64,000 nt of DNA from Eledone cirrhosa (taxonomy: Eukaryota): NCBI GenBank assembly GCA_964016885.1, contig OZ024741.1, forward strand, positions 131,316,001 to 131,380,000, given 5' to 3'. Shown piece after piece: positions 30,001-41,751 of this stretch (within the stretch, counting starts at the first letter, position 1; every line of letters begins with the position of its first letter). The notes beneath the pieces are model-generated. The model was not told where the DNA came from, searched no databases, and saw only the letters and a list, made by a program, of their open reading frames with translations. The position numbers and the translations under genes are program-made.

Positions 30001-33000
30001 TGTTGTTGCTGTCGTCATTGTTATTGTTGTTATTGCCGTTGTTGTCGTTGTCATTATTGTTGTTTTTGTTGCTGTCGTCATTGTTATTATTATTATTCCC
30101 GTTGTTGTCGTTGTCATTATTGTTGTTGCTGCTGTCATCGTTGTTTTTGTCGTTATTGCCGTTGTTGTCGTTGTCATTATTGTTGTTTTTGCTGTCCTCG
30201 TTGTTATCGTTGTTATTGCCGTTGTTGTCGTTGTCATCATTGTTGTTGTTGCTGTAGTCGTTGTTATTGTTGTTATTGCCGTTGTTGTCGTTGTCATTAT
30301 TTTTGTTGTTGCTGTCGTCATTGTTATTGTTGTTATTGCCGTTGTTATCGTTGTCATTATTGTTGTTGTTGCTGTCGTCGTTGTTATTGTTGTTATTGCC
30401 GTTGTTGTCGTTGTCATTATTGTTGTTGTTGCTGTCGTCATTGTTATTGTTGTTATTGCCGTTGTTGTCATTGTCATTATTGATGTTGTTGTTGCTGTCG
30501 TCGTTGTTATTGTTGTTATTGCCGTTGTTGTCGTTGTCATTATTGTTGTTTTTGCTGTCGTCGTTGTTATCGTTGTTATTGCCGCTGTTGTCGTTGTCAT
30601 TATTGTTGTTGTTGTTGTCGTCGTTGTTATTGTTGTTATTGCCGTTGTTGTCGTTGTCATTATTGTTGTTGTTGCTGTCGTCGATGTTATTGTTGTTATT
30701 GCCGTTGTTGTCGTTGTCATTATTGTTGTTGTTGCTGTCGTCATTGTTATTGTTGTTATTGCCGTTGTTGTCGTTGATATCATTTTTGTTGTTGCTCTCG
30801 TCATTGTTATTGTTGTTATTGCCGTTGTTGTCGTTGTCATTATTGTTGTTTTTGCTGTCGTCGTTGTTATCGTTGTTATTGCCGTTGTTGTCGTTGTCAT
30901 TATTGTTGTTGTTGCTGTCGTCGTTGTTATCGTTGTTATTGCCGTTGTTGTCGTTGTCATTATTGTTGTTGTTAGTGTCGTCATTGTTATTGCTGTTATT
31001 GCCGTTGTTGTCGTTGTCATTATTGTTGTTGTTGTTGCTGTCGTCATTGTTATTATTGTTATTCCCGTTGTTGTCGATGTCATTATTGTTGTTGTTGCTG
31101 TCGTCGTTGTTATTGTTGTTATTGCCGTTGTTGTCGTTGTCATTATTGTTGTTGTTGCTCTCGTCATTGTTATTGTTGTTATTGCCGTTGTTGTCGTTGT
31201 CATTATTGTTGTTGTTGCTGTCGTCGTTGTTATTGTTGTTATTGCCGTAGTTGTCGTTGTCATTATTGTTGTTTTTGCTGTCGTCGTTGTTATCGTTGTT
31301 ATTGCCGTTGTTGTCGTTGTCATTATTGTTGTTGTTGTTGTCGTCGTTGTTATTGTTGTTGTTGTTGTTGTTGTCGTTGTCATTATTGTTGTTGTTGCTG
31401 TCGTCGTTGTTATTGTTGTTATTGCCGTTGTTGTCGTTGTCATTATTGTTGTTGTTGCTGTCGTCATTGTCATTGTTGTTATTGCCGTTGTTGTCGTTGA
31501 CATTATTTTTGTTGTTGCTGTCGTCATTGTTATTGTTGTTATTACCGTTGTTGTCGTTGTCATTATTGTTGTTGTTGCTGTCGTCGTTGTTATTGTTGTT
31601 ATTGCCGTTGTTGTCGTTGTCATTATTGTTGTTGTTGTTGTCGTTATTGTTGTTGTTGTTGCTGTCGTCATTGTTATTGTTGTTATTGCCGTTGTTGTCG
31701 TTGTCATTATTGTTGTTGTTGCTGTCGTCGTTCTTATTGTTGTTATTGCCGTTGTTGTCGTTGTTATTACTGTTGTTCTTGCTGTCATCGTTGTTATTGT
31801 TGTTATTGCCGTTGTTGTCGTTGTCATTATTGTTGTTGTTGTTGTCGTTATTGTTGTTGTTGTTGCTGTCGTCATTGTTATTGTTGTTATTGCCGTTGTT
31901 GTCGTTGTCATTATTGTTGTTGTTGCTGTCGTCGTTGTTATTGTTGTTATTGCCTTTGTTGTCGTTGTCATTATTGTTGTTGTTGCTGTCATCGTTGTTA
32001 TTGTTGTTATTGCCGTTGTTGTCGTTGTCATTATTGTTGTTGTTGTTGTCGTTATTGTTGTTGCTGTCGTCATTGTTATTGTTGTTATTGCCGTTGTTGT
32101 CGTTGTCATTATTGTTGTTGTTGCTGTCGTCATTGTTATTGTAGTTATTGCCGTTGTTGTCGTTGTCATTATTGTTGTCATTATTTTTGTTGTTGCTGTC
32201 GTCATTGTTATTGTTGTTATTGCCGTTGTTGTCGTTGTTATTGTTGTTATTGCCGTTGTTGTCGTTGTCATTATTGTTGTTGTTGTTGCTGTCGTCATTG
32301 GTATTGTTGTTATTGCCGTTGTTGTCGTTGTTATTATTGTTGTTGTTGCTGTCGTCATTGTTATTGTTGTTATTGCCGTTGTTGTCGTTGTCATTATTGT
32401 TGTTGTTGCTGTCATCGTTGTTATTATTGTTATTGCCGTTGTTGTCGTTGTCATTATTGTTGTTGTTGCTGTCGTCATTGTTATTGTTGTTATTGCCGTT
32501 GTTGTCGTTGTCATTATTGTTGTTGTTGCTGTCGTCGTTGTTATTGTTGTTATTGCCTTTGTTGTCGTTGTCATTATTGTTGCTGTTGCTTTCGTCATTG
32601 TTATTGTTGTTATTGCCGTTGTTGTCGTTGTCATTATTGTTGTTGTTGTTGCTGTCGTCATTGTTATTGTTGTTATTGCCATTATTGTCGTTGTCATTAT
32701 TGTTGTTGTTGCTGTCGTCGTTGTTATTGTTGTTATTGCAGTTGTTGTCGTTGTCATTATTGTTGTTGTTGCTCTCGTCATTGTTATTGTTGTTATTGCC
32801 GTTGTTGTCGTTGTCATTATTGTTGTTGTTGCCCTCGTCATTGTTATTGTTGTTATTGACGTTGTTGTCGTTGTTATTAATGTTGTTGTTGCTGTCGTCA
32901 TTGTTATTGTTGTTATTGCCGTTGTCGTCGTTGTTATTGTTGTTATTGCCGTTGTTGTCGTTGTCATTATTGTTGTTGTTGCTGTCGTCATTGTTATTGT

Positions 33001-33778
33001 TGTTATTGCCTTTGTTGTCGTTGTCATTATTGCTGTTGTTGCTGTCGTCGTTGTTATTGTTGTTATTGCCGTTGTTGTCGTTGTCATTATTGTTGTTGTT
33101 GCTGTCATCGTTGTTATTGTTGTTATTGCCGTTGGTGTCGTTGTCATTATTCTTGTTGTTGTTGCTGTCGTCATTGTTATTGTTGTTATTGCCGTTGTTG
33201 TCGTTGTCATTATTGTTGTTGTTGCTGTCGTCGTTGTTATTGTTGTTATTGCCGTTGTTGTCGTTGTCAATATTGTTGTTGTTGCTGTCGTCGTTGTTAT
33301 TGTTGTTATTGCCGTTGTTGTCGTTGTCAATATTGTTGTTGTTGCTGTCGTCGTTGTTATTGTTGTTATTGCCGTTGTTGTCGTTGTCATTATTGTTGTT
33401 GTTGCTGTCGTCGTTGTTATTGTTGTTATTGCCGTTGTTGTCGTTGTCATTATTGTTGTTGTTGCTGTCGTCGTTGTTATTGTTGTTATTGCCGTTGTTG
33501 TCGTTGTCATTATTGTCGTTGTTGCTGTCGTCGTTGTTATTGTTGTTATTGCCGTTGTTGTCGTTGTCATTATTGTTGTTGTTGCTGTCGTCGTTGTTAT
33601 TGTTGTTATTGCCGTTGTTGTCGTTGTTATTATTGTTGTTGTTGCTGTCGTCGTTGTTATTGTTGTTATTGCCGTTGTTGTCGTTGTCATTATTGTTGTT
33701 GTTGCTGTCGTCGTTGTTATTGTTGTTATTGCCGTTGTTGTCATTGTCATTATTGTTGTTGTTGCTGTCGTCGTTGTT
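1..33778. repeat. 60-bp tandem satellite/minisatellite array (about 560 units; continues beyond the window start)
   Basis: Consensus TTGCCGTTGTTGTCGTTGTCATTATTGTTGTTGTTGCTGTCGTCGTTGTTATTGTTGTTA repeats in register with the 60-nt lines. Length variants are mostly multiples of 3 nt. The array ends abruptly at about 33,778. Confidence 0.98.
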
Positions 33779-33942
33779 CGTTAATCACAAATATTTTTCT
33801 CTATTCTTTGTCTCCTCAAATTCTGTCATTCCGCTGTTATTGCGTTGACATAAGAATTGTTTAATTGAATCTGGCATTTCAAATAGTCAAAACACAATTA
33901 GAAACACATACTTGCGCTGTATGTATGTTTACATATGTATAT

Positions 33943-33944
<2 letters not shown>

Positions 33945-34004
<60 letters not shown>

Positions 34005-34027
34005 GTGTGTATGTGTATGTGTATGTG

Positions 34028-34068
<41 letters not shown>

Positions 34069-34450
34069 ATATATATATATACACATATATGTATATACAC
34101 ACACACACACACACACATATATATATGAATCCACACATCTACATACAAAATTATGCATACATAAATCTATACATTATAATATATATATGTCCATATTTGT
34201 GTATATGTATATACACAAATACTTATATATGTGAATATATATCCATAAGTACATACATGCATACACACACACACATATATACATACACACATACATATAT
34301 GGTGGCTGCCAACTCGTTTTCAAGTACGGCCACTACTTTATATCCCTGTAGGAGAACCCCCACCGATGCATATATATATACATACATATATACATACATA
34401 CGTACATATATATTTACATACAAACATACATACATACAAACATATATGCG
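33945..34450. repeat. Compound (CA)n/(TA)n/(CATA)n microsatellite region
   Basis: Directly visible simple repeats. Confidence 0.95.
34297..34370. repeat. Fragment of a dispersed repeat (second copy at 43,380-43,452)
   Basis: ATATGGTGGCTGCCAACTCGTTTTC..GTACGGCCACTA..TTATATCC.TGTAGGAGAACCCC.ACCGATGC is shared by both sites with few mismatches. Confidence 0.85.
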
Positions 34451-34849
34451 TAGGCTGGTTTATGGCATTTTTTCACAGCTAACAGCAAAATATACGTCAA
34501 AACACCAGAACTAAACAACGAAAAAATATCTAAGAATTCTGCAGAAACATTGAATGCAATCGCTGTGGCGGAACTTAGGAATTGTCATTTACTTAGAAAA
34601 CTCTCTTACTTCTTAATGTCCTACACCACATGAAACCACATTAACAAGACATTCTTGAAAAGTTCAAAGCTACATTAAGACTGCGTCACATTAAAAATGA
34701 ATGTCTTTAATCTAATACTATGAGGTTTTGCTACTATAGACATTTGAATTAGTTAAGCCATTAAAAAATATTTTCTGCTAAATAATTTCACTATTAAGAG
34801 TTAAACTTCATGATGTTGTTAGTCTCTTCCAGAATTAAATGAACTAAGA

Positions 34850-35981
34850 TTAATCTCAGAATAAGCTAGACACATGAAACCCCTTACTAAAAATGCAGCT
34901 TTGAATAATTTTGCCGGCAAATGGCAAGAAAAACCACTTCATGGTAAATACCCAGAGAGAGTGAGAGAGGGCTAACAAGGCTAACATTGACAAACCTCTC
35001 ACCCATCAGTGGTTAATATCCTTTGGCTTAAAATCAAAGAGAGAGAGTGAGAGATTTATCATAGCTGTCCAAGATCAAGGCCTGTCTACAAGGATTTATC
35101 AGACCAGCATCCCAAAGAAGGTCAGCAGCCCAATATGTCGAGTATGTAAACCACAGCCTGAAGCCATCGGTCATATTGTCTTTATCTGTAGTTTTCGTGC
35201 ACCCAGAGTGTATCTCAACATGCATGAGAGAGCTGCATCGTATATCCACTGTATAATTTGCAAGGACCTAGACCTGCACTAGCATAAAAACTGGATGGAA
35301 AGCAAACCACCTCCAGTGATTAAAAAAGATCATATATCACTCCTATGTCCTAGGCCAGACATTATATTGAAGGATTTCAAACAAAAATCATGTCTTCTCG
35401 TTGACAAGACTGTCCCAATTGATATAAATGCATGTCAAGTTCTACCGAAAATGAACAAAGAACTGAAATAGAAATTGGCAAAGAATGGGAACTCATGACT
35501 AAAACAATACCCGTCGTTGTATGTGCCTTAAGAATAATAACAACAGAATAGGTGCCTTAAGAATAATAATCCATAGGAATCCCAAAATATAAGAAAATAG
35601 TGCTCATTGGGACTCCTCATTTCCTACGAAAAACACTGCCTGTGTAAATCCAAAACAATTTGTTCACATATTATGAAAAGTACTTTTAAATGTACATAAT
35701 AGCAAAAACAACTTTTAGCATTATTTTAGCACTAAACAACAACTGTTAAACAAACTTTTAATTTTCGTACGTATTAACAGACATTTTCTTGAACAACGTT
35801 TTCTTACTAATACACAATGCATACAATTAAATTTCAAATCCCTATCACATTTTCCCCTCAAAACCTGACAATTATCAACCATTCTAGTCATAATGTCCTC
35901 TTGAACTTATAACTTGCTGTCTATTGAGGTCTCGAGTGAAACTCTGAGACAGCTCGTACAAACACAAGGCAAAATGGAAAC
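34850..35981 (+). mobile_element. Decayed 3' part of an R4/Dong-like non-LTR retrotransposon (zinc knuckle + restriction-like endonuclease + 3' UTR)
   Basis: Manual translation across frameshifts gives WQEKPLHGKYP, FIIAVQDQGLSTR, CRVCKPQPEAIGHIVFIC (CCHC), RPDIILKDFKQKSCLLVD (PD..D RLE motif) and KIVLIGTPHFLRKTL*. It is followed by (AAT)n at 35,982. The 5' boundary is approximate. Confidence 0.8.

Positions 35982-36040
<59 letters not shown>
35982..36040. repeat. (TAA)n microsatellite at the 3' flank of the Tx1-like element
   Basis: About 19 perfect TAA units. Confidence 0.98.
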
Positions 36041-36042
<2 letters not shown>

Positions 36043-36283
36043 TTTCTTTATTAACCACAAGGGTTCACATAAAGTAGACATTAAGGACAGTACAGGACAA
36101 TACAGGACGGTACAAATGGGCATTTCTGCGTGTAAAAAAACAGAGGTTGAAATAAAATAACAAAGAAAAATTCCCCAATAGGGGGGAGACTTCCAAGGGA
36201 CATTTATGGAGAAAGCCCATTAAAAGACCACAGTGGCTCTGACCACCAGGGCAAGTGCCCTCTCCCAGTTTTCCACCTTTAAT

Positions 36284-39200
36284 TTACAGACACATACTCA
36301 GAGAAGGCCCATTCATTCGGGCCATACTTGCTTCTCTCACCCATCTTTCAACAAAATGCTGGGAAGAGAGCACTTCCCTCTCTACCCTGATTTTTCTTTT
36401 CAAATGAAATTTGAAAAAGTTAATCAGGGCATCACCGAAGAGGTAAGTGCTCGTCTTCAGCCCTTTCAAACGTGTCCACCATACTATCTCTTTCGCCATG
36501 GCCACCAGACAGATAAAAACTGCCTGCCCTTCCAGGCTAAAGGAAGGGGGCGGGGCAATCCTCACGATGGACTCAGCTGATAGCTGGATCCGTCCTACAC
36601 GTGACAGCAGGTGTTCGACATAAACCCACAAGTCAGCAATGCTCGGACACTGGACGAGTGCGTGCAGGACGGTTTCGTCGCCCTGCGCGCATCTCGGACA
36701 TGCCCGGCTGACGGCACCTCCATGCCTGTAAAGTTTATCCCGAACTGGCAAAGCACCCCGGTAGCACTGCCAGGCCAGCGATTTCTGGAAGTTGTCCATA
36801 GGCCTCGGCCCGAAAGTCATTCCGAAGAGATTGGCTAGTTGATTTTCGTCGACGCCTAGAGTTTCTCCAAGTACGTCGTCGCGCTTCCCCTCCACTAATC
36901 CCCTATAGAACGCCAAGGTGGAGTTTCCACCGATCACAATTCACGATTGGTCGAGGGCTGTGAGCGCCTGAAGACATTCCAGTCTCCAAGCGCTCCCTCT
37001 CGGTCTTCGCTTGACCCAGGACTGCAGCTCCGTCAAGGAGACGAGCTGGGGAAAAACGCGTCTAGCAAACGGCGACCACACCTGATCACCGTCGAAGAAG
37101 AGGTGGAGATGTCGTAGCCTGAGCGCGTGTCTGCGCATCATCAGCCACGGCATGCCCAGCCCTCCACGTAGCGGGTGTTGACAGCAGATGGACCGCCTGA
37201 CCATCGGGGCGCGTCCCTTCCACAAGAAGCGAAAGAGCAAACGCTCCAGCACAGTCAGGCGGGGCTTAGGACAAGGTACGACGGTCAGGCGGTAGTAGAT
37301 GACGTACGCGATGTACGCGTTAGCCACCTCCGCTCGACCTTTCAGGGATAGCTTCCTCTCAGCTCATTTCTGGGTGAGAGAAGCCACCCTGCTCGTCACC
37401 TCGTCCCAGTTTTTGTCCGTCTGGAGGTCTGGACCGAACCAAACCCCTAGCAATTTAACCGGTCCGTCCGTCCAGCGCCCGACGACGCTGTTGGACGGCA
37501 TGGACCTGCCTCTCCAGGTGCCGAGCTGCAGGCCCACTGACTTTTCCTGGTTGATCATTGCTCCTGCCACCGCTTCGTATTCTCTTAGTGTAGTGTCGAT
37601 CGCCTCGATGTGTTTGGCGTTCGACACCACTACGGTGACATCGTCGGCATATGCTGACACGGATCTTCCGCATCCTAGTTCGCGCGGGACCCCCCTCAAC
37701 GTCTCCAGTTTGTGCAGTAATGGCTCGAGAGTCAATACGTACAATAGGGACGAGAGGGGACATCCTTGGCGGACTGAGCGCATGATGTTGAACGGTTCCG
37801 AAAGGTGACCGTTCACTCTCACTACAGAGCAGATGTCGCTGTGCATGGCAGCGATCCAGCCTCTGAAGACGGGCCCAAAGCCAGCCGCCCTCAGGACTGC
37901 CGATAGGTAACGATGGTCGACCCTATCGAAGGCTTTCGACTGATCTAAATTGATCAAAGACCCACCCGTGCCAGGTTCCCTAGCTACCCTCTCTACGATG
38001 TATCGCATGAGGTGGAGGTTGTCGTGGATGTATCTGTCGGGAATGGCGCATGTCTGTGCCTCTCCCACCAGACCACCAACGACAAGCGCCAACCTCTTTG
38101 CTAGCACCTTGGCCAAAATCTTGAACTCTGTGTTTAGCAGAGTTATGGGCCTAAAATTATCTATGTTATCCCCCTTGTTCGGATCCTTTCTCAGCAGCGC
38201 CACTGCTCCTCGGCTCACAGAGCTGGGAATTCTCCCGTTCTGTTGCCAGTTGCAGTAGACGTCCGCCAAGAGGCCTCCGAACAAGTCTGGCATTTGTACG
38301 TAAAGTTCATAGGGCAGACCATCCAAACCAAGCGATTTACCCCTTGTGCAACTAGTCATTGCATCCCGTACTTCAGCGGTTGTTATTGGCTTTTCGCAAC
38401 ACTCCGCCTCAGTGGCCGAAAGACGCGGCAGTCCGTCGAGGTAGACACTAAAGTCCATCCCTCGATCCGGCCCGCCACTGCCCCCGAACAGTTGAGCGAA
38501 GTGTCGCTGAAAAGCTTCACACATTTGCCCAGGATCGAGTAGCATGCGCCCGTCGTGGTCCACCAAAGACCGGATCGTGGCTTTGTTGCCACGACGCGCC
38601 TCCGCCACTCGGGCCCATTGAACGGCTTTCGTCCCCTCGTGTCTGAGACCACGCACCCTAGCTCTGACAACGCAGCCTTCGTGCTTTGCATTGAAGAATT
38701 GGTCAAGGACAATTTCGCCGCAAGTACGTCGGTCGCGATGCCTTTGCTAAGCGCCTCATCTAATTTTCTAACTAATTCTCCCTCTGCTCTATTTTTCTCT
38801 CTTGCTAAAGTCTTACTAAACCTAATGGAATCTATTCTAATTGCTCTTTTCAGAGCAAACCACCACTTGTTGTTGACGATGGCCCCCGTCAACGCCCGCT
38901 TAACTAGTTCGCTAATCCGGTCTCTGTAGGCCTTGCGCGCTGGTAAGGACGCGTTTAGCTTCCAGTAGCCGGGTCCTCGTCTATGAAGCCTATCTAAGTC
39001 AAGCACACAGATCACGAATTTGTGGTCCGTGTAGCTGTCTATCTTGAATTGTGGACAGCCTATGCTAGACCTATCTATTTCCCTACAAAATACTCTATCT
39101 AGATATGATCTGGATGACCCTATGCGATTTGTCCAAGTCCACATTGGTACATTCGGGAAATCCATTCGGTACCTGTCAGACAGTTCAAAACGTCTGAGCA

Positions 39201-39702
39201 GGTTGGTGAGACTCTTGCACCCTCCTTCCCTATCCACTAATCCCACACAATCCCAGCGTGCATCTAAGATCCCGTTCCAGTCGCCCACTAACACTAAAGA
39301 GCGGGACGTTCGAAGAAAGGTCTCCAGACGCCGGAAGAAATCAGGCCGCCCTGCTCCTGTCGGGGCATAGACCGCCACTAACCTGAAAGCTTGCCCGTCT
39401 CCGCTGGTCACGTCCAGCACCACCAACTTACCTTCTGGGTCCAGGAAGATGGCTCGTATGGTAAGATCCAAACCTCTCCGAAAAAGCACAGCAACTCCTC
39501 CCCCCGATCCCGGACGGCTGGGAGATGCGTACACATCGTAGCCGCCGAAGATCGGTGCGAAAGCCTGTGCTTCGGAGATTCTGGTCTCGCTGATGGCCAC
39601 TACATCTATGTTTAGTGAACTGAGGTCGTTGAGCAGGGGGCCCTGCTTCCATGACGACCCCAAGCCACGCGCATTTATGCTGCCTATTCTGAGTGAGGTC
39701 AT
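36284..39702 (-). pseudogene. LINE ORF2: APE endonuclease, reverse transcriptase, C-terminal zinc finger (about 1,140 aa if repaired)
   Basis: APE motifs SINARGL, ISET, AVYAP, VGDWN, SYLDR, TDH and the Tx1/L1-type GPGYWKLN. RT motifs GLDGLPYELY, FRPITLLN, LDQSKAFDRVDH, VRQGCPLS, AYADD. C-terminal CPRC..ETVLHALVQC. One frameshift near 38,704 and in-frame TGA stops at 37,364-37,366 and 36,941-36,943 join ORF-track pieces 38383..39702, 37364..38656, 36941..37327 and 36284..36937. Confidence 0.93.
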
Positions 39703-39736
39703 GTTGAAAAGGAGTGGAAAAGATGGGAAAGACCAC

Positions 39737-41751
39737 TTACGTTACTTCTCGTAGGGGAAGGACGGTTTTTCCATCCTTTTCACTGCTTGTGGCCTCCTCA
39801 GGAAGGATGTCCTTATAAATCCTCCTGGAGAGTGCTTGTCGGAAGTCTCCGATGTCATTGGGGAATTTTTTTTTTAGTGTCATGTACGTTTTCTGTGTGA
39901 TGCGAGTGATTTGTATGTGTGGAGGTGGTGTGAATTTTGGGGTTGTTGTGTAGTCTTTTTCTGTTATGCTGGTGTTGTGTTGGATGTAGTGTAATAATTG
40001 CTTGTTGTTCAAATTTAATGCTGTGTAGTGTGTATCGTTTTGGTTGTTTTGTTTTGTTTGCGTTCGTTGTGGGTTTGTTTCTGTTTCGCATTTTGGTGAC
40101 CTTTGTGGTGTAGGTGATGGTGGTGTTGGGGTTAATGATGCTGATGGTGTTGGTGTTTGGGTTGATGGGGTTGGTGATGCTGGTGTGGATGGTGGCATAT
40201 CTGTCCTAACTTTTTTGTTTGTTAATTTATTTGTTTCCCTCTGTATTTTGTTTTTGGAGGGGGAAGGAAGAGAACTTTTTCTTTTTTGGTTTCTTTTTTT
40301 TTTTCCGGATATCGTTTCCCACTCCTCGTCGTCACAATCTGTCTCCAGTTGTGATAGGCCGGGGAGTGGAAAATCCTCCACAGGCGTTAGTTTTGGTTGT
40401 GGCGTGGTGGATGGTGTAGGCGGTGGTGCTAGTTCTGAAGCGTTGGGTAGTGGTGGTGTTGGTTTTGCTGGTGGTGGTGGTGGTGTTGGTTTTGCTACTG
40501 TTGTTGGGGTTGTTGCTGTTATAGTTGCTTCTGTTGTTGCTGCTACAGTTGTTGCTGCCATCTCTGCTACTGGTGGTGTTGATGGTTGTGTCACTGGGGT
40601 GGGTAGGAGAGGTGGCCTCAACCTTTTAGCCTGAGGGCAGAAAGCCCTTAGGTGGGTTCCTTCACCACAAACGACACACCTAGGTCTTCTGCCCTCGACA
40701 ATTACCGTGAGGTGGCTGCCGTCAGTGAGGTCTATTACCTCTGGGATCTCCTCAATGCTTTTTTGGTCCGCTTGGATCAGGAGCTCCATCCCAGATCCAG
40801 ACCAGTTCTCCTGCTTTTCTTTTGCTATTGCTATTATTTTTGTGTTGGCTTCGATGCCGGCGAGGACGGCCGCTATTAGCTAGGGAATTTTGATGGCCGG
40901 TGGAACGTGGGTCACCCTGATCTTTACGAGTCTCTGGCCACAATAGCTTGGGACGAGTGTGAAGTCGTCACTTTTTAATGGGGCCATGGAGTGTTCTCTA
41001 GCCTCCTCTGGTGTTTCAAAGAACACGTCCACGGTTCCATACGTTTGCCCACGTCTGATGTGGGTTTTTCTTGCCCACACATGTCCCAAAGCTTTTTGGA
41101 TTTGGGACTCGGATGCCCGTTCCACTCGGCGCGATTTTACATTTATTGTTCGATACGACACTGTGCATAGGCGCCGATGCTCCATTTTATTAGGTGTGTG
41201 TGTGTGGGGGGGGGGGGGGCTGTGAGGCTGACCCTGTACCCATCTTTCTTTACCATTTGTTTGGCATTTTCTAAATCCTCCTGAGTTACCGTAAATGCTT
41301 CGAACTGTTTTGCTACTCTGGCGAAACTGAGGGTGGTTTTTATAATGTCATTGTTGTTGTTGTTGCTATCGTTATTTGTGTTAATATTAATTTTAGTTTC
41401 AGTTGTGGTGGTGGTGACGTCAGTCGTCTTTGGTGGGGAAGAGTCCATTTTGCTTGATTTCATTTCGACATCACGAGTTAATTTATTTTTTTCTTCTTTT
41501 GTTTCTGTTGTCGCGGTGGTGGTGGGGGTGGTGGTTGTCGCGGTGGTGGTGGTGGTGGAGGCTTTAACACCTGCAGTCATTGGTAATGGCGGGAAATGAA
41601 TGTCTGCCTGAGACAAATTTAAAATATTGCTACTGCTTATATTTTTTGTAGTGTTGGCAAACGTAGTAACATTTACAATGGTGGTGTCGGTGTGAGGTGT
41701 TAATTTGTGAGGAAGGCTTTCAGCTGCTTGGTGCAGAGTTGAATTAGCCAT
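39737..41751 (-). pseudogene. LINE ORF1 (gag-like nucleic-acid binding protein, about 670 aa if repaired)
   Basis: Likely start MANSTLH at 41,751. Frameshift in the G-run/(GT)n at about 41,195-41,219 and in-frame TAG at 40,880-40,882. Zinc knuckle CVVCGEGTHLRAFC (CX2CX4HX4C), followed by a Pro/Thr-rich region and a basic KKKRNQKRK patch. Confidence 0.85.

Noticed and set aside
1702-33750. Thr-rich minus-strand ORFs as annotated mucin genes
   Set aside because: The Thr frame is closed by TAA immediately before the array, ATGs are part of the repeat unit, Pro/Ser are nearly absent and no signal peptide or mucin domain is seen. Kept only as a hypothesis in findings.
1-33778. CRISPR-like array
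   Set aside because: There are no unique spacers and no cas genes, and the context is eukaryotic.
4-33848. Very long poly-Leu/Ser, poly-Val/Ile and poly-Cys ORFs on the plus strand (up to 2,114 aa)
   Set aside because: They are automatic translations of a GTT-triplet satellite that cannot easily form stops. They switch frame at indels and have no unique domain.
33865-34514. [12 protein letters not shown] ORFs here and at 42.8-43.2, 46.0-47.5, 51.9-52.9, 57.6-57.9 and 60.6-61.0 kb
   Set aside because: Translations of dinucleotide and tetranucleotide microsatellites.
36233-41599. Plus-strand ORFs overlapping the LINE (e.g. 37299..37808, 40044..40634)
   Set aside because: Antisense shadows of the GC-rich or low-complexity LINE ORFs with no independent motifs.
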